The position numbers were made by a program, and so were the translations under genes. Of a stretch of 64,000 bases of DNA, positions 51,287 to 61,400 are shown piece by piece. Each line of letters begins with the position of its first letter. Positions within the stretch are counted from its first letter, which is position 1. The DNA lies in assembly GCA_963737065.1 (NCBI GenBank), contig CAVTRC010000002.1, forward strand, positions 384,001 through 448,000. Direction: 5' to 3'. The stretch is from Candidatus Eremiobacteria bacterium (GTDB taxonomy: Bacteria > Vulcanimicrobiota > Vulcanimicrobiia > Vulcanimicrobiales > Vulcanimicrobiaceae). The notes under the pieces were generated by a model, which saw only the letters and a list, made by a program, of their open reading frames with translations, was not told the origin of the DNA and ran no database searches.

Positions 51287-53468
51287 CGGCGCGCACTCCC
51301 TGACGGTGCTCGCGCATCATAAGCGGCATTGGCAACTGCGCAAGCAATACGGCGAGACCCGCGCCGCCTTCGGATTCCAGTCGCCGCAGCGCCGCCTCTA
51401 CGTCGTGCGCGTTTTTCGTGCCCGTCCACATGAGGTGCACGTGAAGTGCGGCGTTCCGAAACGCTTCGAGTCTCGGGTAGGACTGTGCGCACGGTTTTAG
51501 TTCCGCGAAGTGATGATCGGCGTGGCGATCGCCGGCGATGCTCGAAGCAAGCGCGGCCAGAATTCCGGCGCGTACGACCTTTTGCGACCCGCGGTCGAGC
51601 GTTTCGAGCGCGCATCGTACGCGGCGCAGATGAGTCCGGGCTTCCATCGAACGCCCGGCGGCGATCGCGTAGAGGGCCAATTGCGCTTCCCGGTACGCGC
51701 GGAAGTCGTCGCCTGCCTGTTGCGCGAGGCTCGGCAAAAGCAAATCGTACGCCCGCTCGAATGATCCTTCCCATGCGCGCTGCATCGCCTGGCTTGGCAA
51801 TAGGGCGTCGGACGTAACTTTGGTTTCGTAACGAACGTCGAAGGTTCGCAGCATGCGCGTTGCCTCTGCAATCGCCGCAAGATCGTAAAGCTCGACATGA
51901 TATTCGAGCATCGCCATGACTGCATAGGACTGAAAATCGATGTTTCCGATTTTCACGCTGTAATTTGCAAGTTGCTGGAGCGCCTGTAGCGCGGCTTGCG
52001 GTTCGTCTCGGCGACAAGCGACAGCGTAGATCACCGAAAGCGCGCCGACCGCAACGACGTATGAAAACGTCTGCAGTGCGAAGTCGAGACCTTTTTGTGC
52101 ATAGCGTTCGGTTTGCGCGAGATCGCTCGTGGAATACAAGTAGACGTAGCCCACACGCGTGTAGAGCAGCGCTTTGGTCGCCTCGTCTTCGACGTCGTTG
52201 ACGAGGGCTAAGACGCGAGTGATGTGATCTAACGCTTCTTGCGGCCGTTCGTTCATCACGCAGCTCTGCGCGAGCGCCGAGCGCACTTCGACTTCACGGC
52301 GCTCGTCGAGCTCGTCTGCGAGCAACGGACTGAGCACATCGAGTGCATCTAGCCGGTTTCGGCGCAACAAGTCACAGCCGTATGCGTACGTGATCTGATG
52401 TTTGAGGTCGCCGCTCGCGAGCTTTGCCGCTTCCGTAAACAGGTTTTCTGCCACGTCATAACGGCCGGCGCGCGATGCGCTTGCCGCTTTCAAAGCATAA
52501 ATCACCGGGTCTTCATCGCCGTCCGGAAGTGCGCGAAGCGCCGAATCGATTGCATGGGCCGATACGGATTCCGCGATGTGCAGGCCGTGCCGTGAGAGCA
52601 GTTGCCGAAGCAAATCGTACGCGCCCGTGCGGTGATAGACGTCTAACGCGTCCTCGTAGCGATGGTTTCGGACGAGCGATTCACCGACATCCAGAACCAT
52701 AGCGCGAAGCGCGATCGCATCGCGTCCGCGGCAGCCATCGAGCAGTCTGCGACGTACGTCTCTGCGCATGCGCAACGGTTTGTGATGTTCGAATATCGCG
52801 GGATGGGCGTTTCGGATCTGGAGCAACAACGCCGCGCCGGCGACGCCGACCGTCGTATCGACGACCGTGTCCGTCAAATCGCCCAGCAGAGACAGCCGTT
52901 CCAAAAACGCGCGTTCTGCGCCGCTGAGCCCATAGAGCAGGTCCGCGGAGACCTTAGCGTCGTCACCGCGAGCGTGGATTGGAAGCCCGGCGATCCCGAA
53001 AGCCATCCATGCGTTCACCGGCAGGTCGCCGAGGCTACGTCCCGCGAGTATGAATCGCGCGTTCTCTGCGCCCTGCACGAAATGGTCGAAAAATTCAACG
53101 ATCTGCGGCTCGCGCGCGATCACCTCAACGTTGTCGATAACGATCGTGATACTGCGGTCCGGTAAGTGCGAACAAAGCCACGCTGCGACGCGTGCGGCCG
53201 GTGCGGGAACGGCGGCCAGGCGATCCTGCATGGCGTTAAAGCTTACCATCGCGCCCCGCGCGACGTGCGCGAGCTCGGTTACGAGCCCATGAACGAATTG
53301 GAAAAGCGATTCGCGCTCTTCATCGACGGCAAAAAAGATCGCCTTGACGTTGTCGCGCTCGCCCCAGCTGCGCAGCGCGTGCGATTTACCGGAAAGGGCC
53401 GGCCCTACGAGGCAGGAGACACGCCGGCTCGCAGTGGCTGAACAGATCGAAGCAGTATCAAACGCCAT
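51279..53468 (-). CDS. MalT-like P-loop ATPase with helical/TPR-like C-terminus, no recognisable HTH
   Basis: GPALSGKS Walker A, IVIDNVE Walker B, FILAGR. Confidence 0.65.
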   Translation of the reverse strand: MAFDTASICSATASRRVSCLVGPALSGKSHALRSWGERDNVKAIFFAVDEERESLFQFVHGLVTELAHVARGAMVSFNAMQDRLAAVPAPAARVAAWLCSHLPDRSITIVIDNVEVIAREPQIVEFFDHFVQGAENARFILAGRSLGDLPVNAWMAFGIAGLPIHARGDDAKVSADLLYGLSGAERAFLERLSLLGDLTDTVVDTTVGVAGAALLLQIRNAHPAIFEHHKPLRMRRDVRRRLLDGCRGRDAIALRAMVLDVGESLVRNHRYEDALDVYHRTGAYDLLRQLLSRHGLHIAESVSAHAIDSALRALPDGDEDPVIYALKAASASRAGRYDVAENLFTEAAKLASGDLKHQITYAYGCDLLRRNRLDALDVLSPLLADELDERREVEVRSALAQSCVMNERPQEALDHITRVLALVNDVEDEATKALLYTRVGYVYLYSTSDLAQTERYAQKGLDFALQTFSYVVAVGALSVIYAVACRRDEPQAALQALQQLANYSVKIGNIDFQSYAVMAMLEYHVELYDLAAIAEATRMLRTFDVRYETKVTSDALLPSQAMQRAWEGSFERAYDLLLPSLAQQAGDDFRAYREAQLALYAIAAGRSMEARTHLRRVRCALETLDRGSQKVVRAGILAALASSIAGDRHADHHFAELKPCAQSYPRLEAFRNAALHVHLMWTGTKNAHDVEAALRRLESEGGAGLAVLLAQLPMPLMMREHRQGVRAVG

Positions 53469-53556
53469 CCCAAGGCCAGTATAAAGCCGCTAGCTCGCTT
53501 TACGACCATTGTAGCCCTCGGCTTTTACGGAGCTTTAACGAAAAACAGCGTTGGTT

Positions 53557-54507
53557 CTAACTGATCAGTTCGCGCTCCACCATCACCATGCGCGGATCGA
53601 TCAGGTGCTTGTTCAAGCCCAGTTTTTCCGGCGCGACGCCGAGCGCGAACGCGACCAACTGCGGCAGATGGAACGTCGGCAGGTCCGTGCGGCCCCAGCG
53701 TGACGCCGCATCCTGCTGATAGCCGTCCAGCGCAAGATGGCACAGCGGGCACGGCGTGATCACCGCTTCAGCGCCGTGATCCTTTGCCATCCGCATGTTC
53801 TGACCGACCATGTTTGCCGCGACACCGTCTTTTTCTAACTGGATGTGGAAACCGCAGCATCGCGTCTTGCCGGCGTAGTCGACGGCTTCGCCGCCGAGCG
53901 CTTCGATGACATCTTCGAGGGAATGCGGATTGCGGGCAGATTCCCAACCATTGACGTTCTCGGGACGGATGATGTGGCAGCCGTAGAACGGCGCAACCTT
54001 CAGACCGTTGAGTGGACGCACGACCATATCGCGCAGCTTGTCGAGGCCGATGTCGTCGATCAGCAGCCACAGCAAATGGCGTACCATAACGTTGCCGTTG
54101 TACTTCGCGCCGAACTTGTTGAGAATCGTGTTCGCCTGATTCATCCGCTCTTCGCTCTCGAGCAGTTCTTTGTTCGCGGCGCGCATGTGGCCCGTGCACG
54201 TCGAGCAGATCGTAATGACGTCGTCGAGTCCAAGCGCTTCGGCTTGCGCGTACGTCCGCGCATTGAGGACGCGCGCAACGTCGCGGTTGACGTCGTTCAC
54301 CACCGACGCGCCGCAGCACGAGGCGGCCGTCAGTTCGATCAGCTCGATGCCGAGTCTGTCGGCAAGCAGCATCGTCGAGTTGAAGAGCTCTTTGCACGAT
54401 TCTTTGGCGACGCAGCCCGGGAAGAAGCCGTAGCGCTTCATCTCGCGCGAACGTGTCGGCTTGTGCGAGTCGAGCGCGCGATCTTCGGGAAGCAGAGGGA
54501 TGGACAT
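53557..54507 (-). CDS. HdrB-like CCG-domain subunit (SdhE-type anchor of non-classical SDH)
   Basis: FFPGC..SCCG..CSTC and FYGC..RCCG..CPLC. Confidence 0.88.
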   Translation of the reverse strand: MSIPLLPEDRALDSHKPTRSREMKRYGFFPGCVAKESCKELFNSTMLLADRLGIELIELTAASCCGASVVNDVNRDVARVLNARTYAQAEALGLDDVITICSTCTGHMRAANKELLESEERMNQANTILNKFGAKYNGNVMVRHLLWLLIDDIGLDKLRDMVVRPLNGLKVAPFYGCHIIRPENVNGWESARNPHSLEDVIEALGGEAVDYAGKTRCCGFHIQLEKDGVAANMVGQNMRMAKDHGAEAVITPCPLCHLALDGYQQDAASRWGRTDLPTFHLPQLVAFALGVAPEKLGLNKHLIDPRMVMVERELIS

Positions 54508-55478
54508 TAGCTGACCGGGACCTCCAGGGATTCGAAGATGGTGCGTACTTCATCGACCTTCGGGATCGGTTTGAGGAAGATCGGCGGCTGTTTACCTTTG
54601 AGCCCCATACGCGCACCGAGCGCCGCGCCAAGGAACGTGACTTTGAGAAGGCCCTTGATATTGAAGCGTCCGACCGTGCCGAGAATGACTTCGGTCTCGG
54701 CCAGCATACCGGTCTGCTTGATCGTTTTCGATACGACCAGCGCGTGGCGCGGCCCGCGTTCGTTCATCATGACGCGGTTTTTGATCGCTGCGCGCTTGAC
54801 GTCGACGATCCGCCAGTTGGGATCGACGTGCTTGGGGCAGTACGAGCACGCGTAGCAGTGCGCGCAAAGCCACAAGTAATCTTCCGAGATTTGCGCGATG
54901 CGCTCGTCGCGCTTGCCGTCGCGCACGTCTTCGATAAATCGGTACGCATACGCGATCGCGGCGGGTCCGGCGAACGCCGGGTCGACGCTGACGACGGGAC
55001 AGAGTGCGTAGCACGTCGCACACATGATGCAGTTCGCGACGTCGACGAGCTTCCTCATGTCGTCCGGCGAGACGCGGCGTTCGCGCTCGTGGTCGGAATC
55101 GTTGTCCTTCGGTTGCAGATACGGCTTGAGACGCGCGTACTTGTCCCAGAACGGATCCATGTGGACGACGAGGTCTTTCATCGGCTGGAAGTTCGGCATC
55201 GGATCAACTTGGATCGAGCCATCTTCCTGGAGGACGTCTTTGCAATTCGTCTTACATGCGAGCGACGTGACGCCGTTGATATTCATGGAACACGAGCCGC
55301 AGATTGCTGAGCGGCACGAACGGCGGAAGCTGATCGATCCGTCGACTTCTGCCTTAGCGAACTCGAGCGCATCGAGAACCGTAGTCGTCTCCGGAATTTC
55401 GACTTCGACGACGTCACGGTGCGGAACCGTGTCGGTCGCTTCGTCGAACCGGAAGATGTCGAGCTTGATGTTGGCCAT
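54507..55478 (-). CDS. sdhB: Succinate dehydrogenase/fumarate reductase Fe-S subunit
   Basis: SCRSAICGSC, CIMCATCYALCP, CAHCYACSYCP. Confidence 0.92.
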   Translation of the reverse strand: MANIKLDIFRFDEATDTVPHRDVVEVEIPETTTVLDALEFAKAEVDGSISFRRSCRSAICGSCSMNINGVTSLACKTNCKDVLQEDGSIQVDPMPNFQPMKDLVVHMDPFWDKYARLKPYLQPKDNDSDHERERRVSPDDMRKLVDVANCIMCATCYALCPVVSVDPAFAGPAAIAYAYRFIEDVRDGKRDERIAQISEDYLWLCAHCYACSYCPKHVDPNWRIVDVKRAAIKNRVMMNERGPRHALVVSKTIKQTGMLAETEVILGTVGRFNIKGLLKVTFLGAALGARMGLKGKQPPIFLKPIPKVDEVRTIFESLEVPVS

Positions 55479-55481
55479 AAT

Positions 55482-57227
55482 TTAGTAGGTTCTAACCTGC
55501 GGCGGGAACTTGGTGATTGTGACTTTGCGCGAGTAGTCGAGGCGCGGCGAGCCGTCCGCGTCCCGCCACGCGAGCGTGTGCACGAGCCACTTCTCGTCGT
55601 CGCGTTCGGGAAAATCGGTGCGCGATTGGGCGCCTCGCGACTCGGTGCGGTGGAGAGCGCCCTTTGCGAGTGCGTATGCCGCGTCGATGAGGAAGTCCGT
55701 TTCGAACGTGTTGACGAGATCGGTATTGAACGTCGATGACTTGTCCATGACGTAGGCGCTCGCGTCGAACTCTTTGCGAACGCGATCCAGTTCGGTAACC
55801 GCTTCACGCAAGCCGGCGTCGTCGCGGAAGATAAACGTGTTCTCGCTCATCGTTTCGTTCATCGCGTGCCGCAGTTTCGGCGCCCGCGTTCCATCGTTTC
55901 GCGAGAGCAGGCGATCGACGCGATCTTGTTCCGCTTTGAGCGTGCGGTCTGAAGCGCGCACGGTGCCGACGGACTTTATGTAGTCGACCGCGTGCGACGC
56001 GGCGCGCGCGCCGAAGACGATCGTTTCAAGCAACGAGTTGCCGCCGAGACGGTTCGCGCCGTGGACGCTGACGCACGCGCATTCGCCGGCAGCATACACA
56101 CCGGGAACGCGCGTTGCGCCCCACTTGTCGGTTTCGATACCGCCCATCGTGTAGTGAGCGCCCGGAAGAATGGGAATCGGTTCAAGCACCGCGTCTTTGC
56201 CCGTTGCATCCATCGCGAGTTCGCGAATCTGCGGAAGACGTTCGAGAATTTTCTCGCGGCCGAGGTGACGCAAGTCGAGCAGGACGCAGCCGTCGACGCC
56301 GCGGCCCTCGAGAATCTCGGTCCACTCCGCGCGCGAGACGACGTCACGCGATGCGAGTTCGCCCTTGTTCGGCGCATACTTGAACATGAAGCGTTCGCCC
56401 GCACCGTTGAGCAAATACCCGCCTTCGCCGCGTGCGCCTTCGGTCATCAGCACGCCGTTCTCTTTGAGCGTCGTCGGGTGGAATTGCATGAACTCCATGT
56501 CCATCAACGGGATGCCGGCTTTGTACGCGATGCCCATGCCGTCCGCGGTCGACGCATACCCGTTGGTCGTCTTGAGGTACATCCGCCCGGCGCCGCCGGT
56601 GGCGAAGATCGTCGCTTTTGCGGTGATCAGCTCGAGCCGTCCATTCCGCATGTTGTACGCCACGACGCCGCTCCCGATGCCGTCCTCAATCGCAAGCGCC
56701 GTGCAGAAATACTCTTCATACACCTTGACGCCGAAGCGCTCGAGCTGCTCCCACAGGGTGTGAAGAATGACGAGGCCCGTGACGTCCGCGGAGTAGCAGG
56801 TGCGCGGCGCGCCGGCGCCCCCGAAGGGGCGTTGCGCGATACGGCCGTCCGGCATGCGTGAGAAGATGCAGCCGCGGTGTTCCAGCCAAATGATCTGTTT
56901 GGGCGCGTCTTCGCACATCGCTTCGGCCGCGTCTTGGTCCCCCAGATAATCCGAACCCTTGACCGTATCGAACGTGTGAGCTTCCGGTGTGTCCTCTTCG
57001 CGATTTCCAAGGGCGGCGTTGATACCACCCTGCGCTGCGCCGGAGTGGCTACGAACCGGATGCATCTTTGAGACGATAGCGACGTCGGCACCACGCTCGG
57101 CAGCTTCCACCGCGGCGCGCATGCCGGCGAGACCGCCGCCAATGACGACTACGTCGTGTTGGATCACGTTGGCCTTTCCGGATGAGACGTTGTCTCTCTT
57201 TATACTATCCGGTTGAACCGGGGCCAC
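55482..57227 (-). CDS. sdhA: Succinate dehydrogenase/fumarate reductase flavoprotein
   Basis: [32 protein letters not shown]. Confidence 0.95.
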   Translation of the reverse strand: MAPVQPDSIKRDNVSSGKANVIQHDVVVIGGGLAGMRAAVEAAERGADVAIVSKMHPVRSHSGAAQGGINAALGNREEDTPEAHTFDTVKGSDYLGDQDAAEAMCEDAPKQIIWLEHRGCIFSRMPDGRIAQRPFGGAGAPRTCYSADVTGLVILHTLWEQLERFGVKVYEEYFCTALAIEDGIGSGVVAYNMRNGRLELITAKATIFATGGAGRMYLKTTNGYASTADGMGIAYKAGIPLMDMEFMQFHPTTLKENGVLMTEGARGEGGYLLNGAGERFMFKYAPNKGELASRDVVSRAEWTEILEGRGVDGCVLLDLRHLGREKILERLPQIRELAMDATGKDAVLEPIPILPGAHYTMGGIETDKWGATRVPGVYAAGECACVSVHGANRLGGNSLLETIVFGARAASHAVDYIKSVGTVRASDRTLKAEQDRVDRLLSRNDGTRAPKLRHAMNETMSENTFIFRDDAGLREAVTELDRVRKEFDASAYVMDKSSTFNTDLVNTFETDFLIDAAYALAKGALHRTESRGAQSRTDFPERDDEKWLVHTLAWRDADGSPRLDYSRKVTITKFPPQVRTY

Positions 57228-57262
57228 ACGACTGTTGTCAGGATGATGCCCGTCCCCGCACG

Positions 57263-58402
57263 CTATACGGTCGCGTTCGGGGAGGCAGGTTCACCCTCGT
57301 TCTTGCTCGTGCGCGTGTAGAAGCGGAACTGGTTTTTGCCGCCTTCTTTGGCTTGATAGAGCGCCTCGTCGGCTGCGAAGAACAGCGTCTGCCCTTCGCT
57401 TCCGTCCGTTGGAAACATCGATACGCCGATGGAGCTTGCGAGGCCGTTGCGGCGAAGCTCGCCCATGATGCGTTCGATACCGCGTTCGGCTTGCCGGCGA
57501 TCGCTCTGCGCCATGACCAGCACGAACTCGTCGCCGGCGTACCGTGCGATGATGTCGCCTTTGCGCGCATTTTTCTTGAGTACTTGCGCGAAGCGTTTGA
57601 GGGCGAGATCGCCGAGACTATGTCCGCCGGTGTCGTTGATCTTTTTGAGATCGTCGAGGTCGAGAATTGCGAAGGCAAACGGCGTGTCGTATCGATCCGA
57701 CCGATGAAGCTCTCGTTCCAGCAAGTCGTTGAGCGCGCGGCGGTTTGGAATCCCGGTCAAGCTATCGGTGTTTGCCGTGCGTTGCGTGTCTTCCAGCAGC
57801 CGGCGTGTTTCTTCGTAGAGACGCGCGTTTTCCACCGCGATCGCGGCTTGCGATGCAAAATCGAGGAGCACGCGCAGCTGATTTTCGGTGACGCCGTCCG
57901 CGGGAGGGTCGTCCGCATACAGCATGCCGCGCACGACGTCGCGCGCAATGAGCGGCGCGATGCAATACCAACCCTTGGTGTCGCTCAGCGGAACGTCGGG
58001 GTCGCCGGCGCTTCCGTACGCGAGTTGAAGATCTCCCCGTGCAACGTCGATCAGCGTGGAGGCCTGGCGGTACTCGCGCGGATCGCGCGCATGATGTACC
58101 GTTCCGTTGTCGTCGCACTCGAGCCGGCGGACGATGGTTTGCCCCTCGACCACATCGAAGAGGATCACGCGCTTGAACTTCAACGCCTCGACGACGCCGC
58201 GCAGTACCATGGAAAGAATGTCGTTGATTTCGAGCGTCGAGTTGATGGTGGAGAAAACTTGTTGAAGGACGAAGAGTTCGGCGTTCTGTTGGGCGTACTC
58301 GTCCCGCTCGGCCTCTAGAACGGCAATACGTCTTTTGAGCCGCTCGATCTCTTGTAAGAGTTCGGCGCCATCATGCGGGCCGGCGGACAGGTTCGTGCCC
58401 AT
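57263..58402 (-). CDS. Coiled-coil + GAF + GGDEF diguanylate cyclase
   Basis: [27 protein letters not shown]-site, YAGDEF. Confidence 0.9.
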   Translation of the reverse strand: MGTNLSAGPHDGAELLQEIERLKRRIAVLEAERDEYAQQNAELFVLQQVFSTINSTLEINDILSMVLRGVVEALKFKRVILFDVVEGQTIVRRLECDDNGTVHHARDPREYRQASTLIDVARGDLQLAYGSAGDPDVPLSDTKGWYCIAPLIARDVVRGMLYADDPPADGVTENQLRVLLDFASQAAIAVENARLYEETRRLLEDTQRTANTDSLTGIPNRRALNDLLERELHRSDRYDTPFAFAILDLDDLKKINDTGGHSLGDLALKRFAQVLKKNARKGDIIARYAGDEFVLVMAQSDRRQAERGIERIMGELRRNGLASSIGVSMFPTDGSEGQTLFFAADEALYQAKEGGKNQFRFYTRTSKNEGEPASPNATV

Positions 58403-58453
58403 CGTTTAAGGTAACGTCTACCCGCTTTGTTTTCTTTAGGCCGGGCTACGTAG

Positions 58454-61400
58454 TTGTCGCAATTCGTTCATCTGCACGTTCACTCTGAATATTCCTTATT
58501 AGACGGTGCCTGCCGCGTCGACCGGCTTTGCCGGCGAACGGCGGAAGACGGCGCTCCGGCGGTGGCCCTCACCGATCACGGCGTCATGTACGGCGCGATG
58601 GAGTTCTACTACGCCGCCCGCGATGTTCGGCTGACGCCCATTATCGGCTGCGAGGCATATATTGCCCCGCGTGGCCGGTTCGATCGCACGGTCCGCGACG
58701 AAGCGCACGTCACGCTCCTCGCCGGCGATCTGATCGGGTACCGCAACCTGACCGCGCTGATCTCGAAGGGCTTCCTCGAGGGCTACTACTATAAGCCGCG
58801 GATCGACCTCGATCTCCTCGAAAAACACAACGACGGCTTGATCGTTCTATCAGGCTGCATGTCGGGCATGGTGGCCGCGCCATTACTGAAAAACGACGTT
58901 GAAACGTCGCTGAAAAATGCGAAGACGTTCGTCGAGATTTTCGGCGACCGGTTTTACATCGAAGTCATGCGTCACGGTATGCCTGAGCAGGACGCGATCA
59001 ATGACGGCCTCATCAGCGTCGCGCGTCAGCTCAACGTGCCGATCGTCGCAACGAACGACTCGCACTACCTCGAGCAGCGCGACGCACCGGCACATGACGT
59101 GCTGCTCTGTATCGGAACCGGAAAGACCGTTTCCGACACGAGCCGGATGAAGTTTTATTCCGATCAGTTCTACGTAAAATCCGCCGAAGAGATGTACGCG
59201 CTGTGGAGCGATCTTCCGGAAGCGTGCGAGAACACCGTAAAAATCGCCGAGCGCATCGACATCAAGATTCCGGAGAAAATCCATCATCTCCCCGCGTATC
59301 CGGTTCCGCAGCCGGAGCATACGGTCGAAGAGAAGACCGCCGAACAGTTCTTGCGCGAATTGTGCGAAGCGGGCCTCATCGAACGTTATGGCGAGGAGCG
59401 CGCAACGACGGATACGGTTCTGCGCGAACGGCTCGACTACGAGCTCAACGTCATCAACACGATGGGTTTTGCGGCCTACTTTCTCATCGTGTGGGATTTC
59501 ATTAAATACGCGCGTGACAACGAGATCCCGGTCGGACCGGGACGCGGCTCCGCCGTCGGATCGATCGTCTCCTACTGTCTGCACATCACCGACCTCAACC
59601 CGCTCAAATTCAATTTGTTCTTCGAGCGCTTTCTCAATCCGGACCGTATCTCGATGCCGGATATCGACACCGACTTCTGCGTCGAGCGGCGCGACGAAGT
59701 CATCGACTACGTCACCGAAAAGTACGGAAAGGAGCGCGTCGCGCAGATCGTGACGTTCGGGACGATGGCCGCGCGTGCAGCCGTCCGCGACGCGGGACGC
59801 GCTCTCGGCGTGCCGCTTCCCGACGTCGACAAAGTGGCAAAAATGATTCCGTCGGGACCCGGGGGACTGTCGATCGCGCAGGCATTGGAACAAATCGCCG
59901 ACCTCAAGCTCGCATATTCCACCAATCCGCAGATCCGCAAGCTGCTCGATACCGCGAAAGACATCGAAGGACTAGCGCGCAACGCGGGCACGCACGCCGC
60001 GGGCGTGGTGATTTCGGCGGGGCCGTTGATGGACTACGCGCCGCTCGTGAAATTCAACGACGGCGGCGTCAACACGCAGTTCGACATGGTGTGGGTCGAA
60101 AAGATCGGCTTGCTCAAGATGGATTTCTTGGGCTTGCGGAACTTAACGGTCATGAACGACGCGGTGAAGGAGATTCGCCGGACGACCGACCCGGATTTCG
60201 ATGTCGCAAAAATTCCGGATGACGATCTGCGTACGTTCGACATGCTCAGCCGCGGCGAGACGATGGGCGCGTTTCAGCTGGAGTCAGAGGGTATGAAGCG
60301 TGTCTGCGTCGAGTTGCGCCCATCTTGCTTTGAAGACGTTATCGCACTCGTCGCTCTGTATCGGCCGGGACCGATGGAATGGATTCCGCAGTTCATCAGC
60401 AACAAACACGGGCGCACGAAACCGAAATATCTACATCCGAAGCTCGAGCCGATTTTAGAGTCGAGCTACGGAGTGGCGTGCTTGCGTCATGATGCGAAGG
60501 TCTGGTTGGCCGGCGGCGGCGAGAAACCGATTTCAGCGATTGTGCCGGGCGACATGGTGTGCACGCACCGTAACGGCGCCATTGAGGCGGCACGCGTCGA
60601 GAACGTTTGGCCGACGGGACGAAAGCCGATATTGCGGATCACATTGTCGACCGGGACGACGATCGAATGCTCGGAAGATCATCGCTTCCCGACGCCTGCC
60701 GGCGACGTCATGGCGCGCGATTTGCAAATACGTCGCGACGGACAACGGTCTCCGTACCAGTATACGCAGCCAAAGTCGATCTTGTTCGAAGCGTGGACGT
60801 GCTCGCGCAACGATGCCCGTCTTAGCGTCGGCGTCCATCGCGCATATTTTCTCGGATTGTCGATCGGCGACGGCAGCTTAGCTGCGCGGGGATCGCTGTC
60901 TTCGGGCGCGGGCACGAAGCGCGCGGCGAAGTGGATCGCTTCCGAGTCACTACACGGCGATCGTTCGTGGAAGCAAAACGGCGAGGCAAAGCGGCTGCCG
61001 CGATCGGCATTCGACTGGCCGGAAAACGAGCGGTTGGCGCTGCTTCGCGGGTTGTGGGACGGCGAGGGCTGCGATGTTGCGGGCTCTCCGTATTTCCGTT
61101 CCACATCGCCTGGGTTGCTGGACGACGTCAGTCGACTGCTTTCGACGCTGAAGATTGCGTTCTATCGCCGATTCGATGCGGTGCACGTTGAAGACACAGC
61201 GCGTTTCTTGCGGCTCATCGACCGATCGTCGATGCCCGGTAAAGCCGAAAGTGAACGGCGTGGTAGCGCCGCCATCGCAGCGCACGGTGAGCGATTGCGT
61301 GAACGCGCGCGAACCGGTGTGCGTGCGGCGCCTTTCATCGAGCGCAACGTCTTCCGCAAAACGACTCGTCGCGCGATGGGTAAGCCGAACGTCCATTCGG

